A stretch of DNA of 64,000 nucleotides from Ruditapes philippinarum. Its lineage: Eukaryota. Below the pieces are notes generated by a model. That model did no database searches, had not been told where the DNA came from, and saw only the letters and a program-made list of their open reading frames with translations. The stretch covers positions 1 to 64,000 of the forward strand of contig NW_026853737.1 of the NCBI RefSeq assembly GCF_026571515.1, in the 5' to 3' direction. This document shows, one piece after another, positions 13,701 to 23,974 of the stretch (position 1 is the stretch's first letter; the number at the start of each line of letters is the position of its first letter). Both the position numbers and the translations under genes were made by a program.

Positions 13701-16700
13701 CACTGAGCTATATTGCCTTGTTATTTGTCCACCTTAATACTTTTGATAAATGTCATAAGCAATAGATTATAGATTAAGGATTTATTTTATTATCTTACAA
13801 TAAAATCTATTGTCAGAAAAATCTTATATAAATAATTGGGTAGCTAAACTGTTTCATGTAGAATTCCACATTTGACAATATTTTCATTGTTCTATTCATA
13901 GCATGTAGAATTTCTCAGTGAAGCAGCATCTAGACTAGCTTTAGCACCAAACTGTTTCCCTCGGTACTTCTTCCAGAGTTTACAGCAGACGGCCCTTAAG
14001 GTAATCAAAATTACTGCCTGTATATTTTTATGCTCACATCCCTGCAGCAATCCTGAAACGATGTCTTGGAGAACATTCAAGTGTTGGAAGGAAGATTTTA
14101 AGCCGCGTCATGACAAAACCAACATAATGGGTTTGCGACTAGCGTGGATCCAGACCAGCCTTAGCATCCGCGCAGTCTGATCAGGATCCAAGCTGTTTGC
14201 TAACATACTCTATTACCAATAGAGAAACTGATAGCAAACAGCATGGATCCTGAACAGACTGCGTGGACACGCAGGCTGGTCTGGAATCATGCTTGTCGCA
14301 AACGCATTACATTGGTTTTGTCATGACGCGGCTCAGTTTTTATTTTTACTGAATGAGTAATAAATGTCAGTGATGTAAGAGTGCAGATCTAATTACAAGT
14401 GCTTTTGGGAATCTGTTATTTTGTTTGGTGGTCATGAATTGTTTTTGTTTTTTATGTGTGTGTTAAATGCAGGAGGATAGGAGTTTGAATTCCATGTTGG
14501 TCAGGATTGTTTAGGTGAATTTTCACCTTTGTGTTACAAATTTAAAATGTTTACGCGATATGGGACAAGCTTGGGTTTAAAAGTACATGTATTTGGATTT
14601 GTTCAAAAATCAAATTAGTCTCTTACTTTAGTAAAGAAGTTTTTTTCCTCTTAAAGAATTATTGTTTTTGCTTAGTACAAGAAGTCATCTAGCTCCGTTT
14701 TCTTTAGAAGCAAACTAGGAGTCTCATATAAGATGTTCATAATATATGTATAATACCGATATGTGAAGTTCATTGCCCTTGACAATTTAATTCTAATTGT
14801 GTAAAATAATATTGAAGTCATTGAATGTTTTAAGAGCAGAAGCATGGTACATATGTTTGTGTGCTTTACTTGAAATAGAGTTTTGCTATATATTTGTTAT
14901 CAGTTGAGAAATTTGAATCAACTAGAATCAGATATATGTTGTTGCTCGAATGGGATACAAGTGACTTCATTTAACGGTAACACACTCTCATCAAGATTTA
15001 ACATTTTCAGTTAGCAATATCTCCCCAGCAGACAGCCACAGAGCCAGTTCTTGTACAGAATGATACATACCTGACACTCAAGGTTGAAGGTATAGTTCAA
15101 CATGGGACCAAGCCTGGTCTCTTCCGCAAGATACACAGCATTAATATCATAGTTACATCAAATGTTGTTTCAAGAACACAGACAAATACTGATCAAAAGG
15201 TTTGTAATAAATATCATCATTTACTTTTTCTTTAATATTTATGGTAATATTACCTGTGGTGAACATGTATGTCCTTATATGATTAAAGTGTATAAAGCTA
15301 TATACGTGCAAAAATTATTGTTTGAATGAAAGAAAGTGTACCTACAAATGCGTGTATGAAAAAAGATGGTAATTAATTGTGTTGAAAATAAAGGGCGTAT
15401 ATACGAAATACTTACCAAACAGATAAACTCTACTTAAAACAGCACAATATTTTGTTTTATTACCCCTCACTTTTTAGCTCACCTTTCACAAAGTGACAGT
15501 GTGAGCTTTTGTGATCGCTTTTCGTTCGTTGTCCGTCCGTCCGTAAACTTTTACTTTAAATGACATCTCCTCATAAACCACTAAGCCAATTTCATCCAAA
15601 CTTCACAGGAATGTTCCTTTGGTGGTCACCTTTAAAAATTGTTCAAAGAATTTAATTCCATGCTGAACTCTGGTTGCCATGGCAACCGAAAGAAAAAACT
15701 TTAAATATCTTCTTTTAAAAAACCCAAAGAGCTAGAGCTTAGATATTTGGCATGAAACATCTTCTAATGAGTGTCTACCAAGTTTGTTCAAATAAAAGCC
15801 CTGGGGTCAAAATTGGCCCCGCCCCAGGGGGTCTTTGATTTTCCCTATATGCATATAGTAAAAACTTAAAAATCTTCTTTGAAAGAACCCAAAGAGCTAG
15901 AGCTAAGATATTAAGCATGAAATATCTTCTAATGAGTGTCTACCAAGTTTGTTCAAATAAAAGCCCTGGGGTCAAAATTGGCCCCGCCCCAGGGGGTCAT
16001 TGATTTTCCCTATATGCATATAGTAACAAGAGGGCCATGATGGCCCTGAGATCGCTCACCTGTATAAAGGCACGCAGTGCGGGGCCAGTTTAAACCCCAG
16101 GACCTTTATTTGAACAAACTTGGAAGACACCCATTAGAAGATGTTTCACGAAGTTAAGTTTTAACTACACACATATAATGAAAAACAACGATCTACCCCC
16201 CTTCCTTCCGCCCCTCCCTAGGGCTTTTATTTGAACAAACTTGGTAGACACCAATTAGAACATGTTTCATGCTAAATATCTTAGCTCTAGCTATTTGAGT
16301 TCTTTAAAAGAAGATTTTTTTAAGTTTTTACTATATGCATAAAGGGAAAATCAATGACCCCCTGGGGCGGGGCCAATTTTGACCCTAGGGCTTTTATTTG
16401 AACAAACTTGGTAGACACTCATTAGAAGATGTTTCATGCTAAATATCTTAGCTCTAGCTCTTTGGGTTCTTTAAAAGAAGATATTTTAAGTTTTTACTAT
16501 ATGCATATAGGGAAAATCAAAGACCCCCTGGGGCGGGGCCAATTTTGACCCCAGGGCTTTTATTTGAACAAACTTGGTAGACACTCATTAGAAGATGTTT
16601 CATGCCAAATATCTAAGCTCTAGCTCTTTGGGTTCTTTAAAAGAAGATATTTCAAGTTTTTACTATATGCATATAGGGAAAATCAAAGACCCCCTGGGGC

Positions 16701-19700
16701 GGGGCCAATTTTGACCCCAGGGCTTTTATTTGAACAAACTTGGTAGACACTCATTAGAAGATGTTCCATGCCAAATATCTAAGCTCCAGCTCTTTGGGTT
16801 CTTTAACAGAAGTTTTTTAAGTTTTTACTATATGCATATAGGGAAATCAAAGACCCCCTGGGGCGGGGCCAATTTTGATCCAAGGGCTTTTATTTGAACA
16901 AACTTTGTAGACACTCACTAGAAGATGTTTCATGCTTAATATCTAAACTCCAGCTATTTGGGTTTTTTCAAAGAAGATTTTTTAAGTTTTTGCTATACAC
17001 ATTTAAGGAAAATCAATGACCCCCGGGGCGGGGCCAATTTTGACCCCAGGGCTTTTATTTGAACAAATTTTGTAGACAATCACTAGAAGATGTTTCATGC
17101 TTAATATCTAAACTCTAGCTCTTTGGGTTCTTTAAAAGAAGATTTTTTTAAGTTTTTACTATATGCATATAGGGAAAATCAAAGACCCCCTGGAGCGGGG
17201 CCAATTTTGACCCCAGGGCTTTTATTTGAACAAACTTTGTAGACACTTACTAGAAGATGTTTCATGCTTAATATCTAAACTCTAGCTATATGTGTTTTTT
17301 AAAAGAAGATTTTTAAGTTTTTGCTATACACATATTAGAAAAATCAATGACCCCCGGGGCGGGGCCAATTTTGACCCTAGGGCTTTTATTTGAACAAACT
17401 TGGTAGACACCCATTAGAACATGTTTCATGCTAAATATCTTAGCTCTAGCTCTTTGAGTTCTTTAAAAGAAGATTTTTTAAGTTTTTACTATATGCATAT
17501 AGGGAAAATCAATGACCCCCTGGGGCGGGGCCAATTTTGACCCCAGGGCTTTGATTTGAACAAACTTGGTAGACACTCATTAGAAGATGTTTCATGCCAA
17601 ATATCTAAGCTCTAGCTCTTAGGGTTTTTTAAAAGAAGATTTTTTAAGTTTTTCCTATTGGTTGCCATGGCAACCAGAGTTTTTAATGGAATTTAAATTT
17701 TTGAACAACTTTGAAAGGGGTCCACCTAAGGATCATTTCTGTAAAGTTTGGTTGCAATTGGCCATGTGGTTTAGGAGGAGATGTTGTTTGAAAAGTTTGA
17801 CGCCATTTTTTGAAGGACGCACGACGCACACCGCACGACGCACGACGGACGCAGAGTGATGACAAAAGCTCACCCTTGAGCACTTTGTGCTCAGGTGAGC
17901 TAAAAACTTAAAAAATCTTCTTTGAAAAAACCCAAATAGCTAGAGTTTAGATATTAAGCATGAAACATCTTCTAGTGAGTGTCTATCAAGTTTGTTCAAA
18001 TAAAAGCCCTGGGGTCAAAATTGGCCCCGCCCCAGGGGGTCGGTCTTTGATTTTCCCTATATGCTTATTGTAAAAACTTAAAAAATCTTCTTTTAAAGAA
18101 CCCAAAGAGCTAGAGCTAAGATATTTAGCATGAAACATCTTCTAATGAGTGTCTACAAAATTTGTTCAAATAAAAGCCCTGGGGTCAAAATTGGCCCCGC
18201 CCCAGGGGGTCATTGATTTTCCCTATATGCATATAGTAAAAACTTAAAAAATCCTTTTTTAAAGAACTCAAAGAGCTAGAGCTAAGATATTTAGCATGAA
18301 ACATGTTCTAATGGGTGTCTACCAAGTTTGTTCAAATAAAAGCCCTGGGGTCAAAATTGGCCCCGCCCCGGGGGTCATTGATTTTCCTTATATGTATATA
18401 GCAAAAACTTAAAAAATCTTCTTTGAAAAAAACCCAAATAGCTGGAGTTTAGATATTAAGCATGAAACATCTTCTAGTAAGTGTCTACAAAGTTTGTTCA
18501 AATAAAAGCCCTGGGGTCAAAACTGGCCCCGCCCCAGGGGTGTCATTAGTTTAAACTATATGTGTATAGTAAAAACTTAAAAAAAACTTCTTTTAAAAAA
18601 ACCCAATGAGCTAGAGCTTAGATGTTTAGCATGAAACATCTTCTTATGGGTGTTTACCAAGTTTGTTCAAATAAAAGCCCTTGGATTAAAATTGGCCCTG
18701 CCGGGGGGGGGGGGGGTAGATCGTTGTTTTTCATTATATGTGTGTAGTAAAAACTTAACATCGTGAAACATCTTCTAATGGGTGTCTTCCAAGTTTGTTC
18801 AAATAAAAGCCCTGGGGTTTAAACTGGCCCCGCTCCGGGTGCCTTTATACAGGTGAGCGATTTCAGGGCCATCATGGCCCTCTTGTTTCATTTTTGTGTG
18901 GCACGTAGCTCAAAAAGTAATTGACCTAGTCATGAAACCTTACAGGAATAGTGATCAGCATGTGAAGTTGTGCACCGGGGTATTTTCATGTGGATATATT
19001 TAGTATTTTTAGAGTTATTGCCCTTGACTTAGTAAAAATTTGCAATTTTCAACTTGTGTCACACGTAACTCAAAAAAGTATTTGACCTAGAGTCATGAAA
19101 CCTTACAAGAATGTTGCTCAGCATGTGTATTTGTGCACCTGGGTATTTTTGTGTGGATATTTTTAGTATTTTTAGAGTTATTGCCCTTGACTTAGTAAAA
19201 AATTACAATATTTAACTTGTGTTGCACATAACTTAAAAAGTTTATGACATGTAGGCCTGAAAGTTTCCAAGAATGTTGGTCAGCATGTGTACTTATGCAC
19301 CTTGGGGTTCCTTTTGGATTTATTCAGTGTTTGTAGTATTTGCCCTTTACTTAATACAAGATTTTTAGTTTTCAACTTGGGCAGATGTAGCCAAAAAAAA
19401 AATGACCTAGAGACATAAGATTGACAAATCGGTGGTGTGTGGGGGCACCTGTGTCCTATGGACACATTTCTAGTTTGGATATTATTATTATACATGTGTA
19501 ATTATTGTATTGCATTACTTGATATAAATGTTTCCAGGTTACAGAATCAAGTGTGAACAATCTGGAGCAGTCAGTTGAACCTCATAATGACTACTTCAGC
19601 CTCAGTTTTATACTTCGTTTCCCGCTAGTTGGCATTCACTCAGTAAGCATAGAAGCGGCCATTACTGACACAGAGGGAGCCACATGGAGAACTGGTCCTA

Positions 19701-19798
19701 AAGTAAACCTTCAAGTCAAGTCTTATGATGATGCTTTACAAAGGCAACAACAGAAACTCCCACAACGGCCAAGTTACAGTCAGCTGCTGACATCTTAA
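1650..19798 (+). CDS. INTS7: Integrator complex subunit 7, 3' part (11 coding exons; 5' exons outside window)
   Basis: Exons 1650-1746, 4208-4350, 5237-5422, 6085-6231, 8666-8860, 11500-11603, 12128-12193, 13462-13600, 13902-14000, 15011-15199 and 19538-19798 join in frame with GT-AG boundaries. Peptides VSSEHFYFWL, TCPPPAIA, LYQQSFDAD, RYFFQSLQ, LKVEGIVQHGTKPGLFRKI and VEPHNDYFS match INTS7 as I recall it. Confidence 0.95.
1716..1997 (+). repeat. 3 x 94 bp tandem repeat that includes the exon 3' end and splice donor
   Basis: tgtattgctagtctcttgtc...cacaaggtaatttac starts at 1716, 1810 and 1904. Confidence 0.9.
2946..3232 (-). mobile_element. Interspersed non-autonomous element (reverse copy of 49776-50125)
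   Basis: aacttacactcattcaatatcctct is the reverse complement of agaggatattgaatgagtgtaagtt at 49776. The block gactccgtaaaaatggtattgcacg is also shared in reverse. Confidence 0.7.
4208..4350 (+). CDS. INTS7: INTS7 exon b (QSDIALCESLAAIG...PHQMQ)
   Basis: cacag|GT...ATGCAG|gtaaag; 143 nt; phase 1 to 0. Confidence 0.85.
5237..5422 (+). CDS. INTS7: INTS7 exon c (VYLCTVLFQ...WLAYKTARQALRYG...LAKK)
   Basis: tttcag|GTG...AAA|gtaagt; 186 nt. Confidence 0.92.
5524..5813. repeat. Intronic minisatellite, 36-bp unit, about 8 copies
   Basis: ttggaatgtttcgtgatcaaaact(t/c)tatttcaccaa repeated head to tail. It produces the spurious LECFVIKTLFHQ ORF. Confidence 0.92.
6085..6231 (+). CDS. INTS7: INTS7 exon d (VSSEHFYFWL...FYHKGLTSLK)
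   Basis: gtacag|GTA...AAG|gtttgt; 147 nt. Confidence 0.93.
7236..8210 (+). mobile_element. HINE/pearl-like element with ~145-bp tandem core
   Basis: Subterminal inverted repeat atacccccgca (7240) / tgcgggggtat (8172), cgtc microsatellite, about five aacttaagattcctttgacc monomers, 3' hairpin and ttctagtt end. Confidence 0.8.
8434..8634. mobile_element. Palindromic MITE copy ending ~31 bp before an INTS7 exon
   Basis: Same family as 1059-1258. Confidence 0.8.
8666..8860 (+). CDS. INTS7: INTS7 exon e (AAVVPSFPLQFQSEY...TCPPPAIA...TVTQ)
   Basis: ttacag|GCT...CAG|gtagtg; 195 nt. Confidence 0.93.
8905..9060 (+). mobile_element. 5'-truncated tRNA-derived SINE
   Basis: Shares gtgcctgaaataatgcac...gtcttcctccaccag...tgacgtaaaaccc and an (aaac)n tail with the full copy at 12305. 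Confidence 0.8.
9146..10977 (+). mobile_element. HINE-like element (~165-bp tandem core) carrying a nested DNA transposon
   Basis: 5' ttttagcttgactattcg; 3' cgaatagtcgagc...ctgtcctcagacagttcttgtt. Sibling element at 47652-49465. Confidence 0.8.
10149..10913. mobile_element. Non-autonomous TIR element with 7-bp TSD (P- or hAT-like)
   Basis: TIRs cagggtctttctaatagaatggtctgga / tccagaccattctatctgaaagaccctg. TSD ATGAAAC at 10142-10148 and 10914-10920. Confidence 0.8.
11250..11486. mobile_element. Palindromic MITE, full length, abutting the INTS7 polypyrimidine tract
   Basis: tgagccgcgtcttgacaaaaccaacatagtgc ... gcactatgttggttttgtcatgacacggctca. Confidence 0.85.
11500..11603 (+). CDS. INTS7: INTS7 exon f (LGKTASDYE...LYQQSFDADPASLQNIQ)
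   Basis: ttttcag|CTT...CA|GTATCCTTT; phase 0 to 2. Confidence 0.92.
11604..12127 (+). other. INTS7: U12-type (minor spliceosome) GT-AG intron
   Basis: 5' splice site GTATCCTTT. Branch site TTCCTTAAT at 12107-12115, about 10 nt before the AG at 12126-12127. No polypyrimidine tract. Splicing restores the reading frame. Confidence 0.9.
12128..12193 (+). CDS. INTS7: INTS7 exon g (LQTSCELMKLAISSIVQNGHD)
   Basis: cttag|A TTA CAA...GAT GG|gtataa; resembles QQSCLLISHAI of vertebrate INTS7. Confidence 0.85.
12305..12580 (+). mobile_element. Full-length tRNA-derived SINE
   Basis: A box tggccgagtgg, B box ggttcgaatcc, conserved body and (aaac)n tail. Fragments at 8905, ~11930, ~35000 and 51816 (-). 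Confidence 0.88.
13141..13375. mobile_element. Palindromic MITE, full length
   Basis: Same family as 11250; long inverted arms acaaaaccaacataatgggtttgcgaccagcatggatccagaccagcc. Confidence 0.85.
13462..13600 (+). CDS. INTS7: INTS7 exon h (QALLADKMVL...EVISHN)
   Basis: tttcag|T CAA...AAT|gtaatc; phase 2 to 0 fits both neighbours. Confidence 0.8.
13902..14000 (+). CDS. INTS7: INTS7 exon i (HVEFLSEA...FPRYFFQSLQQTALK)
   Basis: catag|CAT...AAG|gtaatc; 99 nt. Confidence 0.92.
14101..14335. mobile_element. Palindromic MITE, full length
   Basis: agccgcgtcatgacaaaacc ... ggttttgtcatgacgcggct. Confidence 0.85.
15011..15199 (+). CDS. INTS7: INTS7 exon j (LAISPQQTATEPVLVQND...KVEGIVQHGTKPGLFRKI...DQK)
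   Basis: ttttcag|TTA...AAG|gtttgt; 189 nt. Confidence 0.94.
15471..18887 (+). mobile_element. HINE-like element with ~165-bp satellite core
   Basis: 5' tttttagctcacc...gtgagc, (cgtc)n, monomers aaataaaagccctggggtcaaaattggccccgcc, 3' aggtgagcg...agggccatcatggccct cttgtt. Confidence 0.82.
16025..17906 (-). mobile_element. Related HINE inserted in inverted orientation inside 15471-18887
   Basis: Starts aacaagagggccatgatggccct (reverse complement of the family 3' end), ends gctcaggtgagctaaaaa, and contains about nine reversed monomers. Confidence 0.82.
18888..19475 (+). mobile_element. 3' part of another HINE-like element
   Basis: Internal tandem units (gagttattgcccttgacttagtaaaaatt) and end gggggcacctgtgtcctatggacacatttctagtt. 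Confidence 0.65.
19538..19798 (+). CDS. INTS7: INTS7 last exon (VTESSVNNLEQSVEPHNDYFS...SQLLTS*)
   Basis: tttccag|GTT...TAA. An AATAAA occurs downstream at 20162. Confidence 0.94.
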   Translation, partial: VTESSVNNLEQSVEPHNDYFSLSFILRFPLVGIHSVSIEAAITDTEGATWRTGPKVNLQVKSYDDALQRQQQKLPQRPSYSQLLTS

Positions 19799-20927
19799 TA
19801 TGACATATTATGACATTTTTTTCACAGGCTCAATAACCAATTTCTTAAGTGTTGTAATATATGTTTAAAAGTAAAGTCTATAGTCTGTTTTTAAATTCAC
19901 AACATGACAAGCAGTGTCTGTGTATGATGAAGTTTATAACTTCAAATGTGTTTGTTATTGTAATATTTAACGAGTCATAGTCTTTACTATGTTAATATTT
20001 GACTACAAGATTTAACAGAAGGAAATCATTACTCTTTCGAATGTGAAAAGTGGTTGTTTCTTATTTACTAGATATACCATTTTTTAAAGAAAATACATGT
20101 ATCTATCTCAAGCTAACTGCTTTGTTTATTATAAATCAAGATTGAAATGAATACCATCATGAATAAAACAAGTGCAAGTGTTGTGTTATTATATTAAGCC
20201 ATGTTAACTCTTTCACTTTTGGCAACATACAGTTCAAATTCAGGCAAAACAAATCTTCATATGAAATAGAATGCATGATTTATATTCATATTCATGCTTA
20301 AATCCTATGTATAAAATATATATAAAATATAGCTGGAAAGATTTAAACAAAAAAAATAATCAAAGATATAAAATGTAACACACCATTTTTTTTGATGACT
20401 CGTTCATTTTGACTTTACAAGATTAAAAGCAGGCATTATTTATTCCAGTTAACGAGTGTCAGAGATTAGAGATTTTTCTCACGTTTTGCTTAGGAAAAAA
20501 GTCTATAAAGTAATAATATCTTTAGATTAAGGGGCCCTGACTTTGACAGTGAAATAAATTAGAACAAGCTATATAGACAGAAGGTTCAAATCAGGCTATG
20601 AATATCAAAGTGATATATTCAAAAGTAAGAATTTAATATACAAAACTTTGTCTAAATAAATTTTGACTGAAGACAAGTCCACCTTTCTCGGCTTATGCAT
20701 TATCTTTCTTGGTTGCCATTCCAAAATCATTTGCTGTATACTTGTTCATATATTGTGTGATTAAGATAACATAAAAATCTCAAAATTCTGACATTCCATA
20801 TAAGCTAATAAAAACTTTTTTTGATAATGGTAATATAATAATGGCTTTCTTTACATGTGTCAAAGAATTTGCCAATTTTAAATCATCTGCTTACTGCAAA
20901 TATACATGTTTTGCCAATTATAATATG

Positions 20928-21925
20928 AAACACAAACATGGCAATGCCACGAAACCATGTTTTCAATTATCACCATTGTAGATACATATGCTGTAGTTGA
21001 AATACAAGCAACAAACAATGTAACTATGTGCTATATAAATCATGAATAATGAATTTTCTTTTTTTAGCAACTGTAACCTTGACCCTAGGGGGCCAAAAAG
21101 CCTTCCCAAGTGAGGTATTTATAAAAATTTGCTTTACACCAAATTTCATAAAAATATCTTATTCAAAACTAGTTATTGACTGGAAACCTTTTTCCTATTT
21201 TTAGTAACAGTGACCTGACTAGAAACAGATTTTCTATTTTTAGCAACAATAACCTTGACCATGACTCTACAGGACCCAAAAGCAGGCAGAATGAGCTGGC
21301 AGGCACCTAGATAGTTTCTGTTTTATAACTAAATTAAGTTTGTTGTGATTAAAAGGATATATTACACTAATAATTAAATTTTATGGAAAAAACAAAGGGC
21401 CATAATAAGGTAAAAACTTATCCAATCAAAAAAACCCCGACAATATGCATCAGAGTACTTGAAGACAAAGCTAATCTGTGAAAGTCTGAACAAAATCCCT
21501 TGAGAAGGAGTTGCGCAACAGAACAAATTGTTCACTATATACTCTATATAAGGAAAAAAAACAAAGGGCCATAATTAGGACAAAAATTATCCAATCACAA
21601 AACCCCAACAATATGCATCAGGACACTTGATGACAGCTTCTGTGAAAGTTTAAACACAATCCTTTGAGAAATTTAGGAAGAGTTGCGCACAAAAGAAATT
21701 GTTCACTATATATTCTATATAAGGAAAAAAAACAAAGGGTCATAATTAGGTCAAATATTATCCAATCACAAAACCCTGACAATCTGCACCAGGGCACTTG
21801 ATGACAAAGCTTCTGTGAAAGTTTGGTCAAAATCCGTTGCGCACAGAAAAAAATGTTTACGCCCGTCCGCCCGCCGACATACCTCAATCTAATAACCAGT
21901 TGTTTCCTTCGGAAAACCTGTTTAA
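20928..21925 (-). mobile_element. HINE-like element in the cGLR-1 3' flank (equivalent copies at 27297-28333 and 54283-56125)
   Basis: Ends aacatggcaatgccac...gttttc and aataaccag...ggaaaacctg; ~170-bp monomers; (cgcc/cgtc) microsatellite. Confidence 0.8.
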
Positions 21926-22039
21926 TGATTGTCACATTCGTAAGTGAGCTAAATACTGTAGAAATCTAGAGAAAGAATATACATGTTACTATAACTCGTG
22001 AACAGTTTGTCTTATATCAGCAAATGTATTTCGTTTGCA

Positions 22040-23328
22040 TTATAATATTCTGGCGAGTAGTTTGCATATATGCCATTTTGCAGCATTGTTCCTTTTTCTT
22101 ACTAGAAGTGAAGACAAGTAACATTTTAAAGCTTCTTGATGCCAAAGTTGATCTTCGTAACATAGTCCAAGTAAATTAAGAGCCGTTTCTTTATGACATA
22201 GAATTGCGTTTCCTGTGCAAGTATATGTAAGTTTGGCCAAAGCTAGTCTTTTTTCTTTTGTACTCTTTTGATGTTTATATACTTTGTATTTTAGGAAATA
22301 CAAGAAAGGGAGAGAATCAACCACAGATAAGTCCATCCACATTTCATCTAGCTCTTCTCTGTGCTGCATATCATCTTTACTAGATCTGAACATTTCATAT
22401 TGTAGTTCATGGGGAATACAGTTAAATTCACTTTTATGGAAACGTACACAATACCCTATAAATGGCTGGATTTCAGTAACATCTTTATAACCTAATGCCA
22501 CGAGTTCTCTTGTAAATACATGTGGATGTGGATAGCATAGACAGAATGGGTTTATAAGAGCTGTTCTCTTAAATTCCACACCACTTTCAATATGCCTTAG
22601 AATGTCTCCACATTCTTCCAAATTTTCTGAGCAATAATATATAGAGGTTAGTTTAAGTGTTGTAGAAACACTATTGTATGGATATTGTATAAAATAACTT
22701 AAATACTCATGTGAAACAGGGATAGATTGTCCAATGTTGGACGAGGCCAACACAAATCCTAATGTTGCGTAAATCTCAGGTAAAAGAAACGTGCATGCTT
22801 TCTTTTCTAATTCGCTACCCTTTTCACTAACTTTGTTCAGTTTTTGGATATATGTTGTTACCGTTTCTCTGTTTTCCATTGACAGATGTTTATACTTTTG
22901 TATAACATTAACAAAGAACCAAATATTTAGGTTGAAGCATATATACTCACTGATTTCTTTTTGAGACTGAACACTTGAATCGATCATCATACCAATCATT
23001 TTCAGTTTTATCTTTAATCTTTTACCTAGATTGTCAATTTGAATACCGAATAATCCAAGTCCATATGTGTTTACTAGAATATTAAGTGTGCTAATCAGGT
23101 CAAGCTGTTCCTCGCCCGTGAACTGACCTGCCATCAAATTATTTTCAGTAATAATGAAATGTGGGCATTTCTGACTTAATATAAAGAACCGTAGTTGTAG
23201 CAGACAGACAAACACACATATGTATAAATTATCTTCTCTCCACATTCCGGGCTCTGATCTTTCTATGCAATGAAACAATGTTGTTTTGCACATAAAACTT
23301 GAAATTTTAGTGTCATCGTCAAAAGTTA
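22040..23328 (-). pseudogene. cGLR copy 1: 5'-truncated Mab-21/TPR gene that lacks the catalytic N-lobe but keeps an open frame
   Basis: Near-identical to copies 2 and 3 from TFDDDTKISSFMCK to the end. Homology stops at 23328, and no GS...DxD motif remains. Confidence 0.85.
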
Positions 23329-23468
23329 TCTTAATCACACAATATATGAACAAGTATACAGCAAATGATTTTAGAATGGCAACCAAGAAAGATAATGCAT
23401 AAGCCGAGAAAGGTGGACTTGTCTTCAGTCAAAATTTATTTAGTTTTGTATATTAAATTCTTACTTTT
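23325..23468 (-). repeat. Inverted copy of the cGLR 3'-flank segment 20621-20770
   Basis: Reverse complement of aaaagtaagaatttaatataca...tgtgattaagataac, with a small deletion and 4-bp GTTA microhomology to the cGLR. Confidence 0.9.
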
Positions 23469-23974
23469 ATGCATATGGATGAGTTAAAGACAGATTGACG
23501 ACCAAAAATGAAAGAGTTGATTGGGGATACTTTCAAACTGTTGTCACAACTTCTCAGATGAGACGCGACAGGATAAAGAAAGAACTTCTCCCGCTTTATA
23601 GGCCAATTTGTTCAGCAAACCAATCTGCCACTCATCTGTGTCGCGATAAAGTAGATGAAGAACTTAAAAAGTTAAGGGACAATAGGTACTTCCAGGCGTT
23701 CTTTTTTAAGGAAAACGCCAGGGCATGGCGATCCTGGTACCTCAATACAAACGGAAACATGCGCTCAATTCACAGGGCAACATGAATTTCAATTTACAGC
23801 GACGGAGTCAAAATCACAATTACAGAACAAAACAGCAGAAAAAGAATACTTTCCAATCAAGAGCACAGAAAAATTTATATCCGAAGTAAGTAATCATAAT
23901 ATGAAATATTCCTCTACCATTATTAGTACTTCACACAATTTTCGGGCGGGGAAGACCAGAATAGCGTTGCATGA

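Noticed and set aside
21618-21935. Recurrent Cys/Trp-rich short ORFs (also 27974, 39848, 40113, 55766) as a peptide family
   Set aside because: They are translations of HINE tandem monomers with inconsistent frames.
22284-22490. Conserved plus-strand ORFs at 22284, 29768, 56471, 57566 and 63563
   Set aside because: They are antisense shadows of the cGLR coding sequence.
23329-23386. Signal peptide on cGLR-1
   Set aside because: It starts at TTG inside an inverted non-coding insert, and there is no in-frame ATG before the upstream TGA.
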